This document shows positions 49,615 through 61,100 of a stretch of DNA of 64,000 nt, piece by piece. Source of the DNA: Candidatus Babeliales bacterium. Lineage in GTDB: Bacteria; Babelota; Babeliae; Babelales; Vermiphilaceae. Every line of letters begins with the position of its first letter. Within the stretch, counting starts at the first letter, position 1. The translations under genes and the position numbers were made by a program. Where the stretch lies: assembly GCA_963743635.1 (NCBI GenBank), contig CAVUQO010000002.1, positions 96,001-160,000 of the forward strand. The letters are read 5' to 3'. The notes beneath the pieces were generated by a model. It was given only the letters and a program-made list of their open reading frames with translations. It searched no databases and was not told the DNA's origin.

Positions 49615-51130
49615 ATGAAAGATAGAAGCACTGATTTAGTTTCATTATTTGAAAAATCATTACGCGATGTACCGCAGGAAACATTAGAAGAAATTGGTAT
49701 TGTTGTACAAGTCGGCGATGGCATTTGTACTATCTATGGCCTTGCGAATGCAATTTATGGAGAACTGATTGATTTTGAAGGGGGAAACAAAGGAATAGTT
49801 TTCAGTCTTGATGAAGATTCAGTTGCTATATTCTTGCTCTATGCGGCAGTTCCTGTTGCAGAACTTGAAGTGGTCAAACGAACCGGTAGTGTCTTTAAAA
49901 CACCCGTTGGCGATGCAATGCTTGGCCGTGTGATCAATGCGCTTGGAAAGCCGATTGATGCACTTGGTGAAATAGCATGTACAGAATATCGGCCGATTGA
50001 AGTTGGTATACCGCAAATTATTGAACGTAGTCCGGTGAGTGAATCGCTCGAAACGGGCATTATGGCGATTGATGCCTTGTGCCGATTGGTAAAGGGCAAC
50101 GAGAACTAATCATCGGTAATCGTAATACCGGAAAAACATCCATAGTATTTGATACGATTTTGCATCAAAAAGGCAAAAATGTTATCTGTATTTATGTTTC
50201 TATTGGCCAACGTCAAGCAAATCTTGCGCGCTTTTCGCGTATGCTTGAAGAACATGGGGCGATGGAATATTCGCATTATTGTGAGTGCTGAATCAAGTGA
50301 AGCGGTATTGAATCAATATCTTGCGCCGTACGTCGGCTGCACCATTGGCGAATATTTCCGCGATCAAGGCAAAGATGTATTTATTATTTATGATGATTTG
50401 AGCAATCATGCGATTGCATTTCGTGAAATGTCTTTACTCTTGCGCCGCGCTCCAGGCCGTGAAGCATATCCGGGCGATGTATTTTATCTTCATTCTCGCT
50501 TGCTTGAACGAGCGGGAAAATTGGTCAATGGCGGTTCATTAACTGCATTGCCAATCGTACAAATTCAGGGTGATGATATCACTGCCTATATTCCGACCAA
50601 TCTTAATTTCCATCACCGATGGCCAAATATTTTTAGATACAAAACTATTTAATCAGGGCATTCGTCCTGCAGTAAATATTGAGCTTTCAGTTTCCCGTGT
50701 TGGTGGTGCTGCGCAAACAAAAGCAATCAAGAAAATGACCAAAGCATTGCGCTTAGAGCTTGCGCAATACAATGAACTTCTTGATTTTGCACAATTTGGC
50801 ACTGAACTTGATGAGATATCACGCAAAAAATTGGCGCGTGGAGCACTTGCGGTTGAGATTCTCAAGCAACCGCAATCAGTGGGCTATTCATTTGTTGATC
50901 AAGCGCTTATTTTATTCCTACTCAAGGAAAATTTCCTTGATAAGATCGACATTAAAAACGTTCAAACCTACATTCGACAATTTGTCAGTTATGTTCAATC
51001 TGTGTACAAAGACATTTATCAAACTATTTTTACGCAAGAAGATATCACGGATGATATGAGCAAACGTTTGCAAGAGATTGCCATCGAGTTTGATAAATTA
51101 TTCGTACCGACAGAGGAAGATCTAGATTAA
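49615..51130 (+). CDS. atpA: F1 alpha subunit, three frameshifts (near 50080, 50270, 50605)
   Basis: [61 protein letters not shown]. Confidence 0.95.
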
Positions 51131-51137
51131 TTGAGTG

Positions 51138-51779
51138 TCATTTTCCTGCGGTATTCGTAGGCTCATGCATGAGTCCCGTATCGGGAGCTTTTGGTGTTTC
51201 AGGTATATTAGACTCGGTAGGCTTTTGCGGGGCCGGAGCTTTCTTTTCTTCCGTCTTTGCGGGTTCAGCAGGTTTTTCGGAAGAAGCAAAGGTCAATATG
51301 ACCACTTTATCCTTATTTATGATCTGAAGCTGGTTCTTATCTTTATCATACGCAATCGTGTATGGATATCCGTTTGCCTTGATCGTTGCATTGTTGCGTG
51401 TGGCGGTATAAGTGACATTGGCAACCGTGATAGTTGCAGTATTCATCGTAATGTCAGTCATTTTATTTTCGCGCAATGGGCTAAAGGCTGAAAGCGTTGT
51501 GGATTGATTTTCTAACGCATTCTTAAAATTGAGAGTTCCTTCCCCTTCTATCGCACTTTGTCCCGGTCTTGTGTTAGGGGTCACGGTAACACTAGTAGGA
51601 ATGACGGTATAGGAATAACGCATGAGTGCTTCATTGCTACCAAACTGTGTGACCGCTGAAGGATCAATAAGAACCTGGTATTGATTAGTAGACTTTGCAT
51701 CATTAGCTACACAGTTCAACGAAAAAATTGCAGCGGTAGTCAATGCTCCTGCGATCGATAATACATGCAAGCGTTTCAT
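51138..51779 (-). CDS. Secreted hypothetical protein with Pro/Lys/Glu-rich tail
   Basis: Signal peptide; GGGAG RBS. Confidence 0.7.
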   Translation of the reverse strand: MKRLHVLSIAGALTTAAIFSLNCVANDAKSTNQYQVLIDPSAVTQFGSNEALMRYSYTVIPTSVTVTPNTRPGQSAIEGEGTLNFKNALENQSTTLSAFSPLRENKMTDITMNTATITVANVTYTATRNNATIKANGYPYTIAYDKDKNQLQIINKDKVVILTFASSEKPAEPAKTEEKKAPAPQKPTESNIPETPKAPDTGLMHEPTNTAGK

Positions 51780-52042
51780 GTTCTTACTCCCTTTTTGATT
51801 TTTCTATTAGAATACCATTAATGCGCGCTCGAGATTCAATGATTTGATAAAAGGTTTCGTTTTTTCATAATGAAAATCGTATTTTTTTATAAAATACCCC
51901 CCTTTGTTTTTAATCGCCTAGAATACGCGATTGAGAGTCATTCAAAAACAAAACAATATTCAGATTGTTGTTTTGTGGTGATTGATTATGCTACGTTCGG
52001 GGGTGAAGAAATCCAAAAAAAGGGCTTATAAGGGGAAATGGT

Positions 52043-53644
52043 ATGAATATACGAAATATAGCAGCGCTTTATGCCATGTTAGTAGTTGGGTATGTAACGT
52101 ACACGATGGAGCCGGTGGGCGGAGGCGAATCATCAGCAATGGCAGCTGCGCGAGGAGCAGGGCGTCAAATTCCGAGGCTGGAGGAGATAGCTGCTGAAGC
52201 AGTAGCGCGTCAAATTCATGATCAGAAAAAGACATCATTTACGGACGTGCCATTCATGGAAAAGGGTGAGACGCGATTGGATGAATTTCCAGAGCTGATG
52301 CAGGAGTTAGTAGCAGAGGCATATTATCGATTGTATCCCGAAGAGATTTGCACGCGGGTCGTTGCTGCACCTGAGCGGGTACAAGAAATCCCAGCTAGTT
52401 TGGGTGGATTGGCAGCTCTTCCTGATGGCGGTTTCGTTGGTTTTTTTACTGAATGGGAGACTTTACATGAGTCCATAGAGTATTGGCGAATGGGAGCTGA
52501 CAATCAGTTTCACCGATCACAAATAGTAACAAGACAGAATATGAATAATAGGTTGATTGGCTCAATAGCGGTGAGCCCAGATGGTAATCTCCTAGCCGCG
52601 CAGATGAGATCTGGCGTTTTTGTGTATGAGCGTGGGGATGATGGTCAATTTACTTTACTACAAGAAGTCCCCATCCAAGTAGAAGATACTGATAGGTTTA
52701 TCCAACTGGCTGTCCACCATAGTGAAGCAAGCAAAACGCTTGTTGTGGCATATGTAAAGCCAGGTCATCAACGAGTGTTTGATATTTTTGCGTGGGATAA
52801 TCGGCGTAATAGTTTTTTCCGTGAACAAGAAATTACCCATAATGAAGAATGGATAAACGAGATAAATTTCGATGGAACGGGCAATTATTTTGCTTGTGCA
52901 TCCAGTACTAAAGTAGAGATATGGTCAAAAAATTCGAGCGCGGGATTGTGGTCAAGCAAAGAAGTATTAATACTATCCGGGGCACCATTTTGGGCGAATT
53001 CGGTAGCTTTCAGTCCAGATAACAGATTTATACTAACTAGTCAGCCGGCAAGCTTTACTCTTTGGAGAATGAGTCAACAGGGCACCATTACGTTGGTGCA
53101 GGATATTGACGTTCCTGGAAATTATTACAGGATATGCAATTTTAGTCGCGATAGTAGTCGTTTTGCATTGATAAGTTACAATGGCTGGAGAGCTACTATT
53201 TGGAATCTGAATAGAACAAATAATGAGGTTAAGCGCATATATAGTTTGGGGGAATCAAGGTGTCTCACGGCGCTATTTATTGGTGATGAGTATCTTGCGC
53301 TCGGTGCGGGGAGGACGATTGAGATTTGGCATGTACCGCAACCTACTGTCGAACAAATATGGAATTACATACTCACCTACTCTGATATGCCTGAGCTCGA
53401 AGAGCCGCAACCCATAGCAGAAAGTTCTACGAGCAGCTCACCATCATCGGTTGCTACGAATGAGCCTGTGGTATTAAGTCCTGCGCAAGAATTGCAAGCG
53501 ATCGTTGAACAGAAAAAAGCGATTAAGGCGAATAGATCGCTTACGCCTGCGCAAAAAGAAGAGCAGCTCAATGCGTTGCGAGCGCGTGAGCGGCAATTGA
53601 AAGCGCAGTGCGAGCAACAAGGGACTTCTTGCACGCTGCAGTGA
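52043..53644 (+). CDS. Exported WD40-like propeller protein with BC-box-like N-terminus and CaaX tail (CTLQ)
   Basis: IPRLEEIAAEAV; IAVSPDGNLL and SVAFSPDNRF blades; Ser-rich linker; ends GTSCTLQ. Confidence 0.75.
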   Translation: MNIRNIAALYAMLVVGYVTYTMEPVGGGESSAMAAARGAGRQIPRLEEIAAEAVARQIHDQKKTSFTDVPFMEKGETRLDEFPELMQELVAEAYYRLYPEEICTRVVAAPERVQEIPASLGGLAALPDGGFVGFFTEWETLHESIEYWRMGADNQFHRSQIVTRQNMNNRLIGSIAVSPDGNLLAAQMRSGVFVYERGDDGQFTLLQEVPIQVEDTDRFIQLAVHHSEASKTLVVAYVKPGHQRVFDIFAWDNRRNSFFREQEITHNEEWINEINFDGTGNYFACASSTKVEIWSKNSSAGLWSSKEVLILSGAPFWANSVAFSPDNRFILTSQPASFTLWRMSQQGTITLVQDIDVPGNYYRICNFSRDSSRFALISYNGWRATIWNLNRTNNEVKRIYSLGESRCLTALFIGDEYLALGAGRTIEIWHVPQPTVEQIWNYILTYSDMPELEEPQPIAESSTSSSPSSVATNEPVVLSPAQELQAIVEQKKAIKANRSLTPAQKEEQLNALRARERQLKAQCEQQGTSCTLQ

Positions 53645-53685
53645 TCTAAGATAAGAATAACAGGATTGTTAAGGAGTAAATGGGA

Positions 53686-53819
53686 TGAATGCAAGAAACA
53701 TGCTCGCGCTCGGCGCAATCTCACTGGGTATGTAATGTATTCGATGCAGCAGGCGGGTGAATGCCGCAACTGAGTGCAACATGAACGATCGTGATTGGCT
53801 TGCAGGGCGGAAGAAATAA
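53686..53819 (+). pseudogene. Remnant of a paralog of the 52043 leader
   Basis: AAGGAG upstream; atgaatgcaagaaac...gggtatgtaatgtattcgatgcag aligns with atgaatatacgaaat...gggtatgtaacgtacacgatggag but is frameshifted and stops early. Confidence 0.55.
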
Positions 53820-53856
53820 AGGCTTTAATGAACACTCCTAATTGAATTTATGAGCT

Positions 53857-53903
53857 AAAAAAGAACCGAGCGGACTTTTTAGATCCGCCCGGTTCTTTTT
53901 TTT
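53857..53903. terminator. Terminator hairpin repeated after each propeller gene (also 55964-56008 and 58070-58115)
   Basis: aaaaagaaccgagcgga...tccgcccggttcttttt. Confidence 0.85.
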
Positions 53904-53917
53904 GCTCTATGCATTAA

Positions 53918-55873
53918 TCAGCAAGACTGTGTTACCGTAACGCTCTTTGCGGTAGAAACATTGCCATTGCCATCAACTGACACGATGTAATAACTATACA
54001 CGTCGTTTGGATTGCGATTGTGATCATAATATTGTAGTGAGCCACTTGCAGATACCGTTGCCACAAGCTGCGTTAATCCCGCATCGCGATAGATCTTATA
54101 GGCCACTGGCGATGATCCGCTTGCAGGCGCTGTCCAAGTGATGTTGTTGATGTAATCAGTTTGAAGCAGGAATCTATTCTGCGTTTTACATCCATTTACT
54201 GATGCAGGGGGCAAGATGGATATGCATGGTCCTACGGTAACGCTTGCTGGCTGTGACTTATCACCATAACCATCGACAGAGACTATGTAATAGATGTAGC
54301 TCATATTAGGGTCTAACCCGGTTAATTCATACATAAATGAGTCATAGCCATATGCGAGTACCGTCGCAACTAAATGAGTTAACGATGCATCACTATAGAT
54401 TTCATATTCTACCGGCGTTGCACCAGATGTAGGCACTTCCCACGTAATCGTATAATTTTTGTCTAATGAACATGAACTGGTTACGGCTGAGGGTGGGAAT
54501 AACTCTGGATAGCAAAATACTGATAAAGTAATGGTCGCAGGATCTGACGTAATTCCATCATAGACTGAATAGATATTATAAGTGTAGGTCGTGTTTGGAT
54601 CTAAACCAGCATCTTCATATTCGAATGGGCCATAGCCATATCCCGGCACGATAGCAATCAGATCGGCACCTCGATAGATGTTATATGAGGTTGGTAGAAG
54701 ACCTGAAGCTGGAGCATCCCAGGTTAATGTATTGGTTATGGTGATACCCTGCTGTAGGATACATCCGCTTAAATTCGTAGGAGCAAGTGGAGATATTCCA
54801 ATGATACTGACTGAAGAACCAGAAAAATTACAGACATATGCCTTTGACCTATCCGGCGTTATTGCGATTGATATAGGATCACTAAATCCGCACGATGAAT
54901 ATGCTCCTGGTACATCTACGCAATCAATGACAGTATCAGTATTAAGATCAATCACACTCACCGTACCATTGCCAGAATTACATACATATGCCTTTGTTCC
55001 TGTTATTGCGATCGCCTGAGGATTATTCAATCCGCAAGATGAATATGCTCCTGGTACATCTACGCAATCAATGACAGTATCAGTATTAATATCAATCACA
55101 CTCACTGTAGAATTGCCAGAATTACATACATATGCCTTTGTCCCAGTTATTGCAATTGCGTAAGGCTCATTAAAGCCGCATGAAGAATATGTTCCTGGTA
55201 CATTCACGCAATCAATGACAGTATCAGTATTAGCATCAATCACACTCACTGTAGCATTGCCATAATTACATACGTATGCCTTTGTCCCATCCGGCGTTAT
55301 TGCGATCGCTAGAGGAGCACTCAATGCGCATGAAGAATATGTTACTGGTACATCCACGCAATGAATTACATTATTAGTATCAAGATCAATTACACTCACC
55401 GAACTACCACCCAGATTACATACATATGCCTTTGTTCCTGTTATTGCAATTGCGTAAGGGTAATTAAATCCGCAGGATGAAGCATCTACGCAACCAATGA
55501 CGCTATCAGTCTCAACATCAATCACACTTACTGTAGAACTGCTAGAATTACATACATATGCCTTTGTTCCTGTTATTGCAATCGCGGTAGGAGCATCAAA
55601 TCCGCATGCTGCATATGCATCGGGTACATTCACGCAATCAGTTACACTATTGGTTTCAAGATTAATCACGCTTACCGAATCACCTCTATAATTACATACA
55701 TATGCCTTTAGCCCATTCGGCGTTATTGCGATTGCCTGAGGCTCATTAAATCCGCACGATGAAAGATAAGCTCCTGGTACATCCACGCAACCAATCACCG
55801 TATCCGCGTGCATACTCTGCACCATTGCGAGCACCAGAACACTAAAATACACAATACTCTTTCTAAATCTCAT
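53918..55873 (-). CDS. Secreted YVTN/YncE-type 7-blade beta-propeller + 3 FN3-like domains
   Basis: Seven P.AIAIT(PD)G.KAYVCN...VSVID repeats; three W..P...Y.IY domains. Confidence 0.88.
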   Translation of the reverse strand: MRFRKSIVYFSVLVLAMVQSMHADTVIGCVDVPGAYLSSCGFNEPQAIAITPNGLKAYVCNYRGDSVSVINLETNSVTDCVNVPDAYAACGFDAPTAIAITGTKAYVCNSSSSTVSVIDVETDSVIGCVDASSCGFNYPYAIAITGTKAYVCNLGGSSVSVIDLDTNNVIHCVDVPVTYSSCALSAPLAIAITPDGTKAYVCNYGNATVSVIDANTDTVIDCVNVPGTYSSCGFNEPYAIAITGTKAYVCNSGNSTVSVIDINTDTVIDCVDVPGAYSSCGLNNPQAIAITGTKAYVCNSGNGTVSVIDLNTDTVIDCVDVPGAYSSCGFSDPISIAITPDRSKAYVCNFSGSSVSIIGISPLAPTNLSGCILQQGITITNTLTWDAPASGLLPTSYNIYRGADLIAIVPGYGYGPFEYEDAGLDPNTTYTYNIYSVYDGITSDPATITLSVFCYPELFPPSAVTSSCSLDKNYTITWEVPTSGATPVEYEIYSDASLTHLVATVLAYGYDSFMYELTGLDPNMSYIYYIVSVDGYGDKSQPASVTVGPCISILPPASVNGCKTQNRFLLQTDYINNITWTAPASGSSPVAYKIYRDAGLTQLVATVSASGSLQYYDHNRNPNDVYSYYIVSVDGNGNVSTAKSVTVTQSC

Positions 55874-56024
55874 GGGCTTCTCCTTATAAATAGTTGGGGT
55901 TTATATATTTCTATACATACTCCATCGCCAATCCAAAGATCAAATCATTTTTCTAAAAACAGCAAAAAAAGAACCGAGCGGACTTTTGAGATCCGCTCGG
56001 TTCTTTCTTAGCTCTATGCATTAA

Positions 56025-57983
56025 TCAGCAAGACTGTGTTACCGTAACGCTCTTTGCAGTAGAAACATTGCCATTGGCGTCAACTGACACGATGTAATAA
56101 CTATACACGTCGCTTGGATTGCGATTGTGATCATAATATTGTAATGAACCACTTGCAGAAACCGTTGCCACAAGCTGCGTTAATCCCGCATCGCGATAGA
56201 TCTTATAGGCCACTGGCGATGATCCGCTTGCGGGTGCTGTCCAAGTGATGTTGTTGATGAAATCAGTTTGTAGCAGGAATCTATCTTGCGTTTTGCAGCC
56301 ATTTACTGATGCAGGGGGCAAGATGGATATGCATGGTCCGACGGTAACGCTTGCTGGCTGTGATTTATAACCATACCCATCGACAGAGACGATGTAATAG
56401 ATGTAGCTCATATTAGGGTCTAACCCGGTTAATTCATACATAAATGAGTCATAGCCATATGCGAGTACCGTCGCAACTAAATGAGTTAACGATGCATCAC
56501 TATAGATTTCATATTCTACCGGCGTTGCACCAGATGTAGGCACTTCCCACGTAATCGTATAATTTTTGTCTAATGAACATGAACTGGTTACGGCTGAGGG
56601 TGGGAATAACTCTGGATAGCAAAATACTGATAAAGTAATGGTCGCAGGATTTGATGTGATTCCATCATAGACTGAATAGATGGAATAAGTGTAGGTCATG
56701 TTTGCATCTAAACCAGCATCTTCATACTCGAATGGGCCATAGCCATATCCCGGCACGGTAGCAATCAGATCGGAACCTCGATAGATCTGATATGAGGTTG
56801 GTAGAAGACCTGAAGTTGGAGCATCCCAGCTTAATGTATTGGTTATGGTGATTCCCTGCTGTAGGATACATCCGCTTAAATTCGTAGGGGCAAGTGGAGA
56901 TATTCCAATGATACTGACTGAACGATTCCCCCGATTGCATACATATGCCTTTGACCCATCCGGCGTTATTGCGATCGCTACAGGATAGTCAAATCCGCAC
57001 GATGAAAGAAATGCTTCTGGTACATCGACGCAACCAATTACCGTATCAGTATTAACATCAATCACACTCACCGAAGAAGCATTACATACATAAGCCTTTG
57101 TTCCAGTTATTGCGATTGCATAAAGACCAGCAAATTCACAATATGCTGAATACGCATCTGGTACATTCACGCAACCAATTACAGTATTAGTATTAACATC
57201 AATCACACTCACTGTAGAAGTGCCATAATTACCTACATATGCCTTTTGCCCATCCGGCGTTATTGCGATCGCCTGAGGCAAATCAAATCTGCAATATGAT
57301 CCATCAACACAATCAATGACAGTATCAGTTTCAACATCAATCACACTCACTGTAGAAGTGCCAAAATTACATACATATGCCTTTGACCCATCCGGCGTTA
57401 TTGCGATCGCTATAGGATTATTAAATACACATGAATATGCTCCAGTATCCACGCAACCACTGACACTATTGGTTTCAAGATTAATCACACTTACCGAATA
57501 ACCATTATAATTACATACATATGCTTTTTCCCCATTCGGCGTTATTGCAATTGCCGTAGGAGCATTAAATGTACACGATGAATATGCTCCTGGTACATTC
57601 ACGCAATCAATGACGCTATTAGTCTCAACATCAATCACACTTACCGAATAACCACTATAATTACATACATATGCCTTTTGCCCATTCGGCGTTATTGCAA
57701 TTCCCCAAGCATTATTAAATGGGCAATATGGAGAATATGCTTCGGGTACATTCACGCAATCACTAACACTATTGGTTTCAAGATTAATCACACTTACCGA
57801 ATCACTATTGCCTACATATGCCTTTAGCCCATTCGGCGTTATTGCGATCGCCTTAGGATAGAATTCGCATGATAAATATGCTTCTGGCACATCCACGCAA
57901 CCAATTACCGTATCCGCGTGCATACCCTGCACCATTGCGAGCACCAGAACACTAAAATACAAAATACTCTTTCTAAATCTCAT
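56025..57983 (-). CDS. Secreted YVTN-type 7-blade propeller + 3 FN3-like domains, paralog
   Basis: Same architecture; near-identical 3' half. Confidence 0.88.
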   Translation of the reverse strand: MRFRKSILYFSVLVLAMVQGMHADTVIGCVDVPEAYLSCEFYPKAIAITPNGLKAYVGNSDSVSVINLETNSVSDCVNVPEAYSPYCPFNNAWGIAITPNGQKAYVCNYSGYSVSVIDVETNSVIDCVNVPGAYSSCTFNAPTAIAITPNGEKAYVCNYNGYSVSVINLETNSVSGCVDTGAYSCVFNNPIAIAITPDGSKAYVCNFGTSTVSVIDVETDTVIDCVDGSYCRFDLPQAIAITPDGQKAYVGNYGTSTVSVIDVNTNTVIGCVNVPDAYSAYCEFAGLYAIAITGTKAYVCNASSVSVIDVNTDTVIGCVDVPEAFLSSCGFDYPVAIAITPDGSKAYVCNRGNRSVSIIGISPLAPTNLSGCILQQGITITNTLSWDAPTSGLLPTSYQIYRGSDLIATVPGYGYGPFEYEDAGLDANMTYTYSIYSVYDGITSNPATITLSVFCYPELFPPSAVTSSCSLDKNYTITWEVPTSGATPVEYEIYSDASLTHLVATVLAYGYDSFMYELTGLDPNMSYIYYIVSVDGYGYKSQPASVTVGPCISILPPASVNGCKTQDRFLLQTDFINNITWTAPASGSSPVAYKIYRDAGLTQLVATVSASGSLQYYDHNRNPSDVYSYYIVSVDANGNVSTAKSVTVTQSC

Positions 57984-58131
57984 GAGCTTCTCCTTATAAA
58001 TATTTGGGGTTTATATATTCTATACTCCATCGCCAATCCAAAGATCAAATCATTTTGCTAAAAACAGGTAAAAAACGAACCGAGCGGACTTTTTAGATCC
58101 GCCCGGTTCGTTTTTATGCTTTATGCATTAA

Positions 58132-61100
58132 TCAGCAAGACTGTGTTACCGTAACGCTGTTTGCAGTAGAAACATTGCCATTGACATCAACTGACACGAT
58201 GTAATAATTATACACGTCGTTTGGATTGCGATTGTGATCATAATATTGTAGTGAGCCACTTGCAGATACTGTTGCCACAAGCTGCGTTAATCCCGCATTG
58301 CGATAGATCTTATAGGCCACTGGCGATGATCCGCTTGCAGGCGCTGTCCAAGTGATGTTGTTGATGTAATCAGTTTGAAGCAGGAATCTATTCTGCATTT
58401 TACATCCATTTATTGATGCAGGGGGCAAGATGGATATGCATGGTCCTACGGTAACGCTTGCTGGTTGTGACTTATCACCATAACCATCGACAGAGACTAT
58501 GTAATAGATGTAGCTCATATTAGGGTCTAACCCGGTTAATTCATACATAAATGAGTCATAGCCATATGCGAGTACCGTCGCAACTAAATGAGTTAACGAT
58601 GCATCACTATAGATTTCATATTCTACCGGCGTTGCACCAGACGTAGGCACTTCCCACGTAATCGTATAATTTTTGTCTAACGAACATGAACTGCTCAATC
58701 CAGATGGGGGGAATAATTCCGGATAACAAAATACTGATAAAGTAATAGTCGCAGGATCTGACGTAATTCCATCATAGACTGAATAGATATTATAAGTGTA
58801 GGTCATATTTGGATTCAAACGAGCATCTTCATACTCGAATGGGCCATAGCCATATCCCGGCACAGTAGCAATCAAAGTTGCACCTCGATAGACCTGATAT
58901 GAAGTTGGCAGAAAACCTGAAGTCGGGGCATCCCAAACTAAGGTGTTGGTTATAGTGGTTCCTTGTTGTAATATACATCCGCTTAAATTCGTAGGAGCAA
59001 GTGGAGGCTGTGCGGCAATGATACTTATTGAATTACCATTATAATTACATACATATGCCTTTGCCCCATTCGGCGTTATTGCGATCCCCTGAGGACCATT
59101 AAAGCTGCACGCTGAATATGCATCTGGTACATCCACGCAGCCAATGACTGTATCACTCGCAACATCAACCACGCTTACTGATCCTCCACCATTATAATTA
59201 CATACATATATCTTTGAACCATCCGGCGTTATTGCAATCGCAACAGGATTATTAAATCCGCATGCCGAATATGCTCCTGGTACATCCACGCAACGAATTA
59301 CGCTATCAGTTTCAACATTAATTACGCTCACTATACCATCAAAACTATTACATACATATGCCTTTTCCCCATTCGGCGTTATTGCAATCGCAAGAGGATT
59401 ATTAAATCCGCATGCTGAATATGCTCCTGGTACATCCACGCAACCAATGACCGTATCAGTCACCACATCAATTACGCTCACCGTATTACTATCAGCATTA
59501 CATACATATGCCTTTGAACCATCCGTCGTTATTGCAACCGCCTGAGGCCCATTAAAGCCGCAATATGACGAATATACTCCTGGTACATCCACGCAACCAA
59601 TGACTGTATCACTCGCAACATCAATTACGCTTACTGAATTATAACTCGTATTACATACATATGCCTTTTCCCCATTCGGCGTTATTGCAATTGCCTGAGG
59701 AGCATTAAATCCACAATATGGAGAATATGCTGCTGGTACATCCACGCAACCAACGACCGTATCACTCGCAACATTAATCACGCTTACTGAATTATTACCC
59801 GTATTACATACATATGCCTTTTCCCCATTCGGCGTTATTGCAATTGCCTGAGGAGCATTAAATCCACAATATGGAGAATATGCTCCTGGTACATCCACGC
59901 AACCAACGACCGTATCACTCGCAACATTAATCACGCTCACCGAATTATTAGCCCAGTTACATACATACGCCTTTTTCCCATTTGGCGTTATTGCAACTGT
60001 CTGAGGTTCATAAATTTCGCATGCTGAATATACCCCTGGGGCATGCACGCAACCAATGGCTTTATCACTCGCAACCTCAATCACACTCACCGAATAGCCG
60101 TTAATATTACATACATAAGCTTCTGTTCCATACGGCGTTATTGCAATCGCAACAGGATTATTAAATCCGCATGCTGAATATGCTTCTGGTACATCCACGC
60201 AATCAATGACCGTATTAGTCGCAACATCAATTACGCTTACCGTATTACTATCAGGATTACATACATATGCCTTTGAGCCATCCGTCGTTATTGCGATTGC
60301 CTGAGGCCGATTAAAGCCGCATGCCGAATATGCCCCTGGTACATCCACGCAACCAACGACCGTATCAGTCGCAACATCAATTGCGGTTACCGTATTATTG
60401 CCCGTATTACATACATAAGCCTTTGAACCATCCGGCGTTATCGCGATAGATCCAGGAAGGTTGAAGAAGCACGATGCATATGCCCCTGGTACATCCACGC
60501 AACCAACCACCGTATTAGTCGCAACATCAACCACGCTTACTGAGCCGACATTATTACATACATATGCCTTTGAACCATTCGGCGTTATTGCAATCGCAAC
60601 AGGATTATTAAATCCGCATGCCGAATATGCCCCTGGTACATCCACGCAACCAACGACCGTATCAGTCGCAACATCAATTACGCTTACTGAATTACCGATC
60701 TCATTACAGACATATGCCTTTGAACCATCCGGCGTTATTGCAATCGCAACAGGATTATTAAATCCGCATGCCGAATATGCCCCTGGTACATCCACGCAAC
60801 CAACGACCGTATCAGTCGCAACATTAATCACGCTCACCGAGCCGACATTATTACAGACATATGCCTTTGAACCCTCCGGCGTTATGGCGATCGCTTTAGG
60901 ATAAGTAAATCCGCAAGAAGAATATGCTTCTGGTACATCCACGCAACCAATGATCGTATTATTCGCAACATCAATTGCGATTACCGAATTACCATTACTA
61001 TTACATACATAAGCCTTTGAACCATCCGGCGTTATGGCAATCGCGTTAGGAGCACTAAAGTTGCACGCTAATCCATTAATGCAACCAATGACCGTATCCG

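Noticed and set aside
54790..61100. CRISPR-like periodic repeats
   Set aside because: They are codon-phased propeller blades inside long ORFs.
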